Origin: a virus
Taxonomy: Duplodnaviria; Caudoviricetes
DNA length: 64,000 nt
Strand: one strand, 5' to 3'
IMG/VR virus record: IMGVR_UViG_3300037400_002699
Span: 1-64,000 of that record
The position numbers and the translations under genes were made by a program. Shown here one piece after another: positions 8,993 to 17,938 of this stretch. The stretch's first letter is position 1; every line of letters starts with the position of its first letter. Below the pieces are notes generated by a model. The model did no database searches and was not told the DNA's origin. It saw only the letters and a program-made list of their open reading frames with translations.

Positions 8993-9040
8993 AAAAGTGA
9001 GACTATTATTTGGTAGTCTCACTTTTTTTGTCTAATTTTG
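8993..9040 (+). promoter_or_regulatory. Composite terminator hairpin + promoter (repeat family)
   Basis: AAAAGTGAGACTA-ttatttgg-TAGTCTCACTTTT, TAATTTTG at 9033. Confidence 0.8.
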
Positions 9041-9063
9041 CAGTGTCAAACAATTAAATAATA

Positions 9064-9750
9064 ATGATTATGGGAAAATCAGACGGAATCACAAGAAGTA
9101 GAAGTAAGGTAGGTGAGACCTACAAAGGCTTTTCAATTATTAGCGTCTTAGCTATTCATCATTGGTGGAATCACTATGATGGACGCTATGAAATGACAAA
9201 ACAATATGAGACCAAGAGAGAGGTTTACTACGAGTTCTGTAAAGAGGGTAACGAGAACAGACCCGCACAGGCTTATAGTGTATATCCTTATCCAAAGACT
9301 ATTGAGGCTATAAAGGAGGCTATTGACAAGATGATTTCTGGCGAGGTAATCTATTTCACTGATGCTGAGCGTGAGAAGTATGTGTATGCACCTAACCGAA
9401 AGTGTGATTGGGGTTATGGCTACGAGTCATTAATGAAGATTCTAAAGGAGCATAAAAAGGCTGACAAACGCATGAAACTCCTGTTGGAAGATAGACTTGA
9501 TGATGCTAATTTCCACTACGAGGCAGGAGAACTTTCACAGGAGCATTACGACGAGTTGGAGAAGTATATCACAGACCACTACACTTTCCATGAGAAGTTT
9601 GAGATTTATACCTACACGAAGTCGAAGCGTATCAAAGACCCCAAGAGATTAGAGGCACACATTAAGAGTGCTATCGAGGATTACTTTAAGGAGCATAAGA
9701 TGGACGTGGGAGATACATCCGTCGAAGTTAAGTTCTGTGAGGACTGGTAG
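9064..9750 (+). CDS. Hypothetical early protein
   Basis: 228 aa ORF after promoter. Confidence 0.75.
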   Translation: MIMGKSDGITRSRSKVGETYKGFSIISVLAIHHWWNHYDGRYEMTKQYETKREVYYEFCKEGNENRPAQAYSVYPYPKTIEAIKEAIDKMISGEVIYFTDAEREKYVYAPNRKCDWGYGYESLMKILKEHKKADKRMKLLLEDRLDDANFHYEAGELSQEHYDELEKYITDHYTFHEKFEIYTYTKSKRIKDPKRLEAHIKSAIEDYFKEHKMDVGDTSVEVKFCEDW

Positions 9751-9793
9751 GACTTAAATAAGTACAAAGAGGTTATATAAAATAATCACGAGC

Positions 9794-10039
9794 ATGAAGA
9801 TACAGATATTACACGCATCTGTCAACCCAGACAAATACGACGTTAAGCGTCTGGGTGACATGTGCTTTAGTGAAGCCAGAGAGTTCTTCGATGATGATAA
9901 CATCGGCTGTTGCAATTGGGGCATCGACGAAGTTGATGCAGAAGTATTCAATACCAGACTCTATAAGCCAGAAGGTGTTATGTATGGAGACACAAGCGAC
10001 GTGCTGTTTGTCTGGTTTAAGTTAGTGCCTTGGAGATAA
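9794..10039 (+). CDS. Hypothetical protein
   Basis: 81 aa ORF after GACTT-N4-AAGTAC..GTTATAT motif. Confidence 0.65.
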   Translation: MKIQILHASVNPDKYDVKRLGDMCFSEAREFFDDDNIGCCNWGIDEVDAEVFNTRLYKPEGVMYGDTSDVLFVWFKLVPWR

Positions 10040-10069
10040 TAATATTAATTTATATAAAAGCGTAAAATT

Positions 10070-10387
10070 ATGAGAAAAGAAAATTGCAGAAAGAAGATGA
10101 GCCGTGTGGCACGCTCAATCAATGTGTTTCGTAAGAGCCTCAAAGAACAGGAGGCTAAGAACAAAGCCCTGCGTGACCAGATTACGCCAAGGTGGGGTGA
10201 CAAGTCAAAGGATGGCGTGGTGAAAGACCTGTCTAAAAACCTCGCTGTAGGGCGTTTGAACGTTCGGGCTTACCAGACAGCACTCCATGAGTTGAAAGCC
10301 AACCTAAAGGCTTATAACTTTGAGTATGACTGCCTCGTCGGTGCTGAAGAAAACGAAATGAAATGGAGGGCAGCACACACCGCATGA
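10070..10387 (+). CDS. Basic helical hypothetical protein
   Basis: 105 aa K/R-rich ORF. Confidence 0.65.
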   Translation: MRKENCRKKMSRVARSINVFRKSLKEQEAKNKALRDQITPRWGDKSKDGVVKDLSKNLAVGRLNVRAYQTALHELKANLKAYNFEYDCLVGAEENEMKWRAAHTA

Positions 10388-10425
10388 CCTCCTAAGGAGC
10401 TATAACCAGATTCTTAATGTTTGTT

Positions 10426-10473
10426 AAAAGTGGAACTATTTTTTGGTGGTTTCACTTTTTTTGTTTACTTTTG
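10426..10473 (+). promoter_or_regulatory. Composite terminator hairpin + promoter (repeat family)
   Basis: AAAAGTGGAACTA-ttttttgg-TGGTTTCACTTTT, TACTTTTG at 10466. Confidence 0.75.
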
Positions 10474-10502
10474 CAGCGTCAAACAATTAAACATCAAACA
10501 TT

Positions 10503-10748
10503 ATGGCAAAGCAAATTATCAAAATTGGAACAAAGGTTAAGTATCGCCTACATGGTGACAGAACTCCTAAGACTGCTAAGGTTGTTGGTATCGAGAAATG
10601 TGAGTGTGGCGAGAAGTATGGTGAGCCTGTTGATGAGGTTGATTTCAGATACAGAGTATGCAACTTTGGTGCTGGTGTAGAGTACACCTTCTCTCTGGAT
10701 GATGACCATTGGTGCTATGGTGAGCAAATCATCGGCATCGTAGAGTAG
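10503..10748 (+). CDS. Small SH3/Tudor-like hypothetical protein
   Basis: IKIGTKVKY...WCYGEQI pattern, 81 aa, after promoter. Confidence 0.65.
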   Translation: MAKQIIKIGTKVKYRLHGDRTPKTAKVVGIEKCECGEKYGEPVDEVDFRYRVCNFGAGVEYTFSLDDDHWCYGEQIIGIVE

Positions 10749-10817
10749 TCTGGACTTGAATAAGTACAAGCCAGTTATATCAATCACACGTATGCGCAAT
10801 TTAAACAGCATGGTATT

Positions 10818-11309
10818 ATGGAAGTAACAGAGATTTATCAGCAGATTAAAGAACAGCATCCAAATCTGGTAGAAAATAAACTGGACAGGAGCAGTCTGGA
10901 GAGTGACGGCGAGAGACAAACCATCTACGGTGACTTGATGGACTGGATGAGAGACTACTACACGCTCATTCCTCTGGCTGACAGGGAACAGGTAGTTAGG
11001 CTGCTGTTGGGCGATTACGTCATACAGCATCCCTTCTGTCTCCAGAAAGTTTATATAGTACAGCAGGAAAGTAACGTCGATGGTGAAGTGCTGTTCAATG
11101 CAGTCCCCTGTGTCAGCGAAGAGACAGCAAAGAAACTCATGCAGGACGAGATTAGGACGTTATTGAATGAGAGCCATTTTATCGCTTTCATAGACAGACC
11201 TGACGACTTTATTCTTGAACAGACAGATACCTCTTACTATATCGAGGACACCTGTGACGACTACTACGAGGACATAAGGATAATAGAGAAAGTCATAGTA
11301 ATTCGTTAA
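10818..11309 (+). CDS. Acidic hypothetical protein
   Basis: 163 aa ORF. Confidence 0.7.
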   Translation: MEVTEIYQQIKEQHPNLVENKLDRSSLESDGERQTIYGDLMDWMRDYYTLIPLADREQVVRLLLGDYVIQHPFCLQKVYIVQQESNVDGEVLFNAVPCVSEETAKKLMQDEIRTLLNESHFIAFIDRPDDFILEQTDTSYYIEDTCDDYYEDIRIIEKVIVIR

Positions 11310-11317
11310 TAATTGTT

Positions 11318-11366
11318 AAAAGTGGGGCTGTTTCTTTGGCAGTTCCACTTTTTTTTGCTAATTTTG
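11318..11366 (+). promoter_or_regulatory. Composite terminator hairpin + promoter (repeat family)
   Basis: AAAAGTGGGGCTG-tttctttgg-CAGTTCCACTTTT, TAATTTTG at 11359. Confidence 0.75.
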
Positions 11367-11390
11367 CAGCGTCAAACAATTTAAAACAAC

Positions 11391-12203
11391 ATGATTATGG
11401 AAAGAACATTTGAAATTATCCCCAACTACATTGACACCATACTGGTGAGCAATACACCTGCAAACCGTAGGGCGTTTAAGAAACTGGAAGAGCCTTTTAA
11501 GAGCCTCTACAAGTTCGACGAGAACGGTGAGTGTGAAATTGAAATGGAGTTCTACGACGGACTGGCAATCGCCACTGATGGCAGCGGACTCTTTATGACC
11601 TATTATAAGATGGACTGCATCAAGGAATGCACGAGAAAGCAGAACGCCATCTGTGATTACACTGGCATCGACGATGGAATCAATCAGTACGACGTGTGTA
11701 TGAAGTATGGAATACTGGATTGTGACCCAAAGAATAAGGCGTTTGTGAAGTCCACTTATAACAACGCCTATAGGATGTCAGAAACATTCATCCTGCTTGC
11801 TGCCGACATCTATCAGAAGATTTATAATATGTCTGAGGTCGGAGGCTACGACGTAGCAGTAGACCTGCTCCATAATGCTGCTATACGCTTCGAGCGTGAA
11901 TTGAACTGGCAGGGAGGCAGCGAGGAACGTGACTACATACTGGAAATGGAGCAGTTCGAAGAGAGAGAACTGGCACGGCTTCGCAGCATCTATAGCACTG
12001 GCGATGAGGAAGAGGAATACGTCGATAGGAACGGCAAGCAGATTATCGTCGGCAGTAAGGTCATTTGGTATGACCCCGAAGAAGAGGCAAGAGATTTATC
12101 TCGTGTGTACAACGTAGATGATATTGGCAGTGATATGGTCTATATATCCGACGAGTTCAGTGAGGCAGAAGTGCTACCGCAGGAACTGGAAGTGGTTGGT
12201 TAA
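11391..12203 (+). CDS. Multi-domain acidic hypothetical protein
   Basis: 270 aa; C-terminal DRNGKQI.VG.KV.W.DPE..E.EV...EL SH3-like module. Confidence 0.75.
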   Translation: MIMERTFEIIPNYIDTILVSNTPANRRAFKKLEEPFKSLYKFDENGECEIEMEFYDGLAIATDGSGLFMTYYKMDCIKECTRKQNAICDYTGIDDGINQYDVCMKYGILDCDPKNKAFVKSTYNNAYRMSETFILLAADIYQKIYNMSEVGGYDVAVDLLHNAAIRFERELNWQGGSEERDYILEMEQFEERELARLRSIYSTGDEEEEYVDRNGKQIIVGSKVIWYDPEEEARDLSRVYNVDDIGSDMVYISDEFSEAEVLPQELEVVG

Positions 12204-12211
12204 AAAATATT

Positions 12212-12260
12212 AAAAGATTGGGCTATCATTTGGTAGTTCCAATCTTTTTGTTTAATTTTG
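12212..12260 (+). promoter_or_regulatory. Composite terminator hairpin + promoter (repeat family)
   Basis: AAAAGATTGGGCTA-tcatttgg-TAGTTCCAATCTTTT, TAATTTTG at 12253. Confidence 0.75.
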
Positions 12261-12324
12261 CATCGTCAAACAGTATAATGTACTTAGAAAAGTACAAGTA
12301 GGTTATATTAAAAGCAATATCACT

Positions 12325-12516
12325 ATGGAAGTAAGAATTACATTTAGAAGCGAGATTTACATCAATGGCGATAGTCTGGAAGATGTATCAAAGAAGTGGG
12401 AATCTCTGGAATTATTCTCTGATGAAGCCAACGCTTGTGGTGCTTGTGAGATTGAACTCGTAAGTGTTGAGGATGAAGATAACAACGACATTAAGTCAGA
12501 GTTTGACAGACTATAA
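12325..12516 (+). CDS. Small acidic hypothetical protein
   Basis: 63 aa, strongly D/E-rich. Confidence 0.65.
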   Translation: MEVRITFRSEIYINGDSLEDVSKKWESLELFSDEANACGACEIELVSVEDEDNNDIKSEFDRL

Positions 12517-12530
12517 TTAAGGTTTGGACT

Positions 12531-12761
12531 ATGACACAGGTAGTAAGAATAGGACAAGGCAGAAGCAAGTCTGGAAAGATTCTGGATAGAGGTACGGTCT
12601 GGTTTAATATCGACTCTAAGGAGGCTTGGGAACGCTGCATCCATGAATGGAGTATGAAGAAGTATAGCTGTAAGCCTGTTTACCTGTCAAAGAATGGCAG
12701 GGCGTACAAGCAAATCTCTGGTGAGCAGTTGCTACGACTTGGCGACACGTTTAAATCTTAG
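12531..12761 (+). CDS. Small basic hypothetical protein
   Basis: 76 aa ORF. Confidence 0.6.
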   Translation: MTQVVRIGQGRSKSGKILDRGTVWFNIDSKEAWERCIHEWSMKKYSCKPVYLSKNGRAYKQISGEQLLRLGDTFKS

Positions 12762-12773
12762 TATTATATCTAT

Positions 12774-12923
12774 ATGAATGACGACAGGTATTACGACCCA
12801 TTTACAGGACGCAGGACAGCTCCCTACCCCAGTCCTGTACATGTTAGGAGCATGAGAGAGATTAAGGCTGACTTTAACAGGCATATCCAGAGTCATGCCA
12901 AGAGTAAAACGAGACCACATTAA
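12774..12923 (+). CDS. Small hypothetical protein (49 aa, MNDDRYYDP...)
   Basis: ATG 12774 to TAA 12921-12923, followed by hairpin terminator. Confidence 0.5.
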   Translation: MNDDRYYDPFTGRRTAPYPSPVHVRSMREIKADFNRHIQSHAKSKTRPH

Positions 12924-13082
12924 TAAGGCTTGGGACTACCAAAATAGGGTAGTTCCGAGCTTTTTTCTTAAAAGATGTTAAATATTCGAGAAAAATTTGG
13001 TGGTTAGAAAAAATCGTTGTACCTTTGCCAGCGAATCCAACCGATAGTAGTTGGTAAACGTCAAATCAAAACTAAAAAAGTT

Positions 13083-13838
13083 ATGGCAAACAAACTTAGT
13101 TCCATCTATTTTGGAAGTAGAAAGAATGGTGAAGTAATCACAGAGAGAACCAGCGAGTTAGCAGCCTATTACGCAGCAGTGAATGTATTCCCAGTGCTGA
13201 CAACTGATGAAGAAGTGGAGTTGGCTTTTCAGACTAAGGCTGGTAACAAGGCTGCAAAGGAGAAGTTAATCAACTCTAATCTGCGTGGTGTTATCTCCAT
13301 TGTAAGAGAGCATTACGATGGTTGTGGCGGTTGCCTTACTACTATGGATTTGATTTCTGCTGGCAATATAGGTCTGATGAAAGCCGTAGATAAGTTCGAC
13401 CCTACCATTGGCGTGAAGTTCTTATCATTCGCAGTCAATGACATTCGTGCTGCCATTCTCGAAGAGATTAAGAAGTCAAGCCGCATCGTAGCCGACTACC
13501 ATAAGGATGCTACCACAAAGCACACATCGCTGGATGCTCCCCTTACTGATGATGATAATAACGCCACATTGGGTGACGTGCTTTGCACCACAACTGATAA
13601 AGAGCCTAACGAATCATTGCTGACTGACCTATTGAGAGTTATCAATATCCTGCTGGACGAAAAGGAAGCCAATATCATTTGCGTACTCTATGGCATTGGC
13701 ACTACGGCAAAAAGCAGATGGCAGATTGCAGAGGACTACGGACAGACAGAGGAAAGAATTAGGCAGATTTCAGTTACTGCCATTGGCAAGTTAAAGGCTA
13801 ATAAAAATGCTATGATTCTGCTGTCTAAGTATATTTAA
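13083..13838 (+). CDS. RNA polymerase sigma70-family factor (RpoD-like, degenerate region 2.3)
   Basis: Region 1.2 (LTTDEEVELA), region 2 (EKLINSNLRGVISI..DLISAGNIGLMKAVDKFDP), region 4 HTH (QIAEDYGQTEERIRQI); ATG 13083 after promoter at 13020. Confidence 0.88.
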   Translation: MANKLSSIYFGSRKNGEVITERTSELAAYYAAVNVFPVLTTDEEVELAFQTKAGNKAAKEKLINSNLRGVISIVREHYDGCGGCLTTMDLISAGNIGLMKAVDKFDPTIGVKFLSFAVNDIRAAILEEIKKSSRIVADYHKDATTKHTSLDAPLTDDDNNATLGDVLCTTTDKEPNESLLTDLLRVINILLDEKEANIICVLYGIGTTAKSRWQIAEDYGQTEERIRQISVTAIGKLKANKNAMILLSKYI

Positions 13839-13962
13839 AGAGCCTGACCCCACCATCAATGTGGTGGTGGGGATTTCTTAAAAGATATTAAAAAATCGAG
13901 AAATATTTGGTAGTATCAGAAATAATGACTACCTTTGCAGCGACAATTTAAACAACATCATT

Positions 13963-14655
13963 ATGGTACAGAGCATTAACATTAATAAGTTCCTTTTCGG
14001 TAGGACAAGGGCAGAGAAGAAGTTAGAGGTCATTAAGAACCTTAGTGCAAAAGAAGTGATGAACGTCAATGATGCAACCATCATCCGCATCTACAAGGAG
14101 TGCAGGGATGGCAGGGACAGATTCTACATCAATTCAGAGCGCAGAGTTGGCAACGATTGGAATAGCACCATCGAGTTCATCTATGAGTATCAAGGCAGGG
14201 CAATTCTGATGCTCTATATTCAAAATAGTAGCACTGATTCATCAATCAGTAAAAGTCTGTCAGAGTTCAAGAGAGGTGGCACTTGGTATGGGCATATCAG
14301 AGGTTCATATACCTACAATTCAGAGGACATCGTTCGCACCCTGCGCTGCATCCTTATGGAGTACGTCTATTGGAAGTATATCGAGAGGGCAGAGAGGGAT
14401 AAGGCAAAGAAGTTGGAATCCATTGCAGGATGGAAGATTATTAATCCCGTAGTGGACTATTTCTACAAGAATATGAGATTAGACAACTTGCCTTTCTCCT
14501 ATGCCACAACGACACCGAGATACAACCAATACTGCAAGGGTAAGAAAGCACTTGAAGAATACGCAAAGAGCCATGTAGACGAGTTGTTTGGCAAGTCGGT
14601 GGAAGAACTCCAAGCCATATACAAAGAAGTCTTTAGAAAGGCTGCAAATTGGTAA
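13963..14655 (+). CDS. Hypothetical early protein
   Basis: 230 aa ORF after promoter TACCTTTG at 13930. Confidence 0.75.
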   Translation: MVQSININKFLFGRTRAEKKLEVIKNLSAKEVMNVNDATIIRIYKECRDGRDRFYINSERRVGNDWNSTIEFIYEYQGRAILMLYIQNSSTDSSISKSLSEFKRGGTWYGHIRGSYTYNSEDIVRTLRCILMEYVYWKYIERAERDKAKKLESIAGWKIINPVVDYFYKNMRLDNLPFSYATTTPRYNQYCKGKKALEEYAKSHVDELFGKSVEELQAIYKEVFRKAANW

Positions 14656-14829
14656 GAAGTTTTGTTTTGTGTCATAACATATTAAGTTTTAGGTTTTTAG
14701 TTATTCATTCTGTGTGGCTGGGCGCTTGTGAAAGTCCCCAGCCATTTTTTTCTTAAATAATCTTAATAAATTTGGTAGTATGGAAAATTATGACTATCTT
14801 TGTACCCGAAATCAATAAACAACAAAGTT

Positions 14830-15138
14830 ATGGCAAACGTATCAACAACAAGATTTATCGTAGTGGTGTTCATTGATGGAGTTGGATGCACACTACAAGA
14901 GGGCAATGTGATGTCTTGGTTCTTCCGTCACTATCCGAAGTCCTACAAGTATTTTGAGTGCGCAAGGAAAAAGGCTAACACCCTGCTCTACCAATACAGA
15001 TGTGATAAGGTCTGTGTGTTCAAGGTAGAACTTGAAGAAAGACTATCGTGCGACCAATATAAGAAGTGGTGCGAGGACGAAAACAGAAATATGTGGGATT
15101 CATCTAAGTTATTCAATGATATTGATATAAGGTTATGA
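14830..15138 (+). CDS. Hypothetical early protein
   Basis: ATG 14830 after promoter at 14795. Confidence 0.65.
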   Translation: MANVSTTRFIVVVFIDGVGCTLQEGNVMSWFFRHYPKSYKYFECARKKANTLLYQYRCDKVCVFKVELEERLSCDQYKKWCEDENRNMWDSSKLFNDIDIRL

Positions 15139-15249
15139 AGAAGTATAAGTATATTAACGGCATCAAGCATAAGGCAATAGGTTACACATACGATGGTAAG
15201 CCAATAGGCTGGATTGCTTGCGGTAAGAACGATTAAAATGATTAAGACT

Positions 15250-15540
15250 ATGATACTGAAAAAAGACATTAAAATCGTTAATGAGTTTCTTGGTACTACT
15301 GATGTAAAAAGCATCATAAGTCCATTGAAATGCATTAGAACTTACTTTAAAGGGAATAGTATTGACAATGACGGACACGTTAATCATAAAAACATCATTA
15401 TGGTAGTAACTCCAATGATGTATGATTACAATGAGCCATTAGAGTTTTTTATAGGTGCTGCAAGTGCTGGAGGTGTTAAGCTAAAGATTGTTGAACATAA
15501 GGTAGGAACAAATTTCGTTAGAACATTAGAGGAGGAATAA
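15250..15540 (+). CDS. Hypothetical protein
   Basis: ORF in operon, ATG 15250 chosen. Confidence 0.6.
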   Translation: MILKKDIKIVNEFLGTTDVKSIISPLKCIRTYFKGNSIDNDGHVNHKNIIMVVTPMMYDYNEPLEFFIGAASAGGVKLKIVEHKVGTNFVRTLEEE

Positions 15541-15542
15541 AT

Positions 15543-15731
15543 ATGAGAAGAAAGATTATCAAGAAGGTGAATATCTACTCAGTAGATTGGCTTCACAATG
15601 GCTTCTGCTATCGCACCACAATGGGATGCACTTGGGAAGATGTTCTGGATTGTAAGAGGGCAGCAAGACTGATGGGCGAGAAGATTGAGTATCAAAAGTA
15701 TGATGTGAGAAAAGACGTATATACACTATAA
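15543..15731 (+). CDS. Small hypothetical protein
   Basis: 62 aa, coupled to previous stop. Confidence 0.6.
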   Translation: MRRKIIKKVNIYSVDWLHNGFCYRTTMGCTWEDVLDCKRAARLMGEKIEYQKYDVRKDVYTL

Positions 15732-15744
15732 AACAATAACGATT

Positions 15745-15987
15745 ATGGAAGAACTTAAAGAGAACGTTAGAAAACAAATCCTTAGCCTATTCCAATGGTG
15801 GGATGCAAGCGACATTGAAAGCATCCAGAGCGCAATTCTGGATGATGTGTGTAAGGACGTGGTAGAAACATCTGGTTATCCAGACTACAATGATTCCGAT
15901 ATTCGGATTGCTATTAAGAGAACTATCGTAAACAACTTACAAAACTTTAATGAGTTATGCAAAAGAAGAGAACATTTGGGGACTTAA
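15745..15987 (+). CDS. Hypothetical protein
   Basis: 80 aa ORF. Confidence 0.65.
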   Translation: MEELKENVRKQILSLFQWWDASDIESIQSAILDDVCKDVVETSGYPDYNDSDIRIAIKRTIVNNLQNFNELCKRREHLGT

Positions 15988-16289
15988 GGAAAGGTAGTTA
16001 TTTCTGGTCTGCTGGTATCGGTAGTGTAACCAGACAAAGGGTGTTTTGGATTGATAGGACTGATGATAAAGTAAAGTTTGGGACATCTTGGTACACAATG
16101 AAAAGTATTACCGTCGCCAACGATGCAACTGAATACATTGATGATTCGAAACGTTGGTTTACTGATAAACAAGATGCCAGAAGATGTGCCTATGAGTTAA
16201 TCCAGAAGGAGGTTAAAGATGCCGAGATTCACCTAAATTGGCTGAAAGAACGTGCAGAGTCGTTTAGGAGGAATTTTATCGATTGTTAA
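15957..16289 (+). CDS. Hypothetical protein
   Basis: 110 aa ORF overlapping previous. Confidence 0.65.
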   Translation: MQKKRTFGDLRKGSYFWSAGIGSVTRQRVFWIDRTDDKVKFGTSWYTMKSITVANDATEYIDDSKRWFTDKQDARRCAYELIQKEVKDAEIHLNWLKERAESFRRNFIDC

Positions 16290-16397
16290 AATATTATAAA
16301 AAATGGGACTATCTCTTGGTAGTTCCATTTTTTATTATTACCTTTGCACACAGAAACCTAAGGATAGTCCGAAGGTAATACTTAAAACATCATTATT

Positions 16398-16640
16398 ATG
16401 GCAAAGCAAACAACAAGACCTCTGTACGAGGTAGCAGAAGAAATCCGCAAGGATTGGAAGAACATCTACTTTGGTGCAAAACCTTACCTTGACGCAATGT
16501 CGTGCCTGGAGTCAGTCAATGACAACTATGGTTGGGACTCTGGTAAGAGCATCGTACTCTATTTCCTTGCAAACGCATGTAGCTGGAGAGGTGAAACCGC
16601 CAGACGCATCAAGAAGGAACTTAACGCTATGGTAAAGTAA
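16398..16640 (+). CDS. Conserved small phage protein (RPLYE.A.EI..DWK..YFGA.PYLDAM family)
   Basis: Recognisable widespread phage hypothetical motif; follows composite promoter at 16298-16346. Confidence 0.75.
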   Translation: MAKQTTRPLYEVAEEIRKDWKNIYFGAKPYLDAMSCLESVNDNYGWDSGKSIVLYFLANACSWRGETARRIKKELNAMVK

Positions 16641-16706
16641 GAATAACATCACCCGCCACCACTTTGATGGCGGGTTCTAATATAAACAATTAAAAACAAC
16701 AACATT

Positions 16707-17513
16707 ATGAGACAGCAAGTAGTAAGAAATTCAGAGGGTGAGCCAATGGGTATTGAGTACGTTCGTGACCAGTACGAAGAGGAAGAGGCTTTGTGTGAGG
16801 AGATGCAGATGAGGGCAGAAGACCCCATGTATGCAGCCAGACAAGAGGATGCCTATTGGTATCAGCAAGCGGTGGCTTGTTTCGAGGAGAAGGGCATCCA
16901 AGTCCCTTATAGTGTTATTAATGCACTCAAGTGCGAACTCCGCAAGAAGGAGGCTAAGAGGGAGGAGGAGAAGGCTCTCAAAGAGGCTGAACCTACCCTC
17001 AACTACCTCAACGAGAAACTGCCTAACTGCCAGTTCTATGCCAACTATTTCTCAGAGTCTTGGGATGAGGTTGCTCACGTGGAGATTGGGTGCAAGAACC
17101 GCCCCTATCGCTGGGAACTCGCTGAGGTCATTGCTGGCTTGACCGATGAGGATTGGAAGAAGGGTATCAGCATCGAGGATTATTTCAGCTATAACGAGTG
17201 CAAGACCCTCGTACACGGCGATGCTGGCAGATACTGGGGTTGCTACGTTCGTAGTTGGACGGCTGAGGAGAATTGCGGTAGTGAGTTCTTGTTTGCTCTC
17301 GCTAAGAACTGGCTGGATGAAAAGCAGACACCAAACGTACCAGAGGAGGAGAGATACCTACAAGCCATCTGGCATATCTCACCAGCCACCGATGACTGCG
17401 GCAATAGTCTTCGTGAGGAGTTCGAGAGAAAACACCCAGACTGCCTCATCTGGAGTGGTGAGATTCGCCACAATGGGGACTACAATGACATCATTTGTTT
17501 CCATTGGAGTTAA
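16707..17513 (+). CDS. Hypothetical protein
   Basis: 268 aa, acidic, strong codon bias. Confidence 0.75.
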   Translation: MRQQVVRNSEGEPMGIEYVRDQYEEEEALCEEMQMRAEDPMYAARQEDAYWYQQAVACFEEKGIQVPYSVINALKCELRKKEAKREEEKALKEAEPTLNYLNEKLPNCQFYANYFSESWDEVAHVEIGCKNRPYRWELAEVIAGLTDEDWKKGISIEDYFSYNECKTLVHGDAGRYWGCYVRSWTAEENCGSEFLFALAKNWLDEKQTPNVPEEERYLQAIWHISPATDDCGNSLREEFERKHPDCLIWSGEIRHNGDYNDIICFHWS

Positions 17514-17619
17514 AAACTCTTAAAAGATTGGGACTATTGATTGTAGTTCCAATCTTTTTTCTTACCTTTGCAAACGGAAACCCAAGGATAGTCCAAGGGT
17601 ACAACTTAACAACAACATT

Positions 17620-17874
17620 ATGATTACCGCAGAACAAGCAAAGCAGTACACTAAGAAGTTCGAACCAAATAAGGAGTTGGTAGAACAAGTAGAAGAACAA
17701 ATCAAGAGAGGTGAGCGTCACATTCACGTTTACACTACCCGCTATTGCCGTGACTATGCAGAGGACTTTGCAAAGTATTGTAGAGAGCAAGGCTACACCA
17801 ACGCACGCATTGAGGACATCTACAACCGCAGAACGGGTGAGAGAGGTGGCAATTATCTCGCTATCGACCTTTAA
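17620..17874 (+). CDS. Hypothetical early protein
   Basis: 84 aa after composite promoter 17522-17570. Confidence 0.7.
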   Translation: MITAEQAKQYTKKFEPNKELVEQVEEQIKRGERHIHVYTTRYCRDYAEDFAKYCREQGYTNARIEDIYNRRTGERGGNYLAIDL

Positions 17875-17938
17875 GGCATCAGTGGGGTGGGGAAACTCCC
17901 CATCCCTTTAATCATTAACAATTCAAACTATTAGTAAT

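Noticed and set aside
3480-17570. Repeated hairpin elements as a CRISPR array or integron attC sites
   Set aside because: Copies are separated by whole genes of variable length, are degenerate, and coincide with promoter boxes; there are no constant-length spacers, cas genes, integrase or attC RYYYAAC/GTTRRRY ends.
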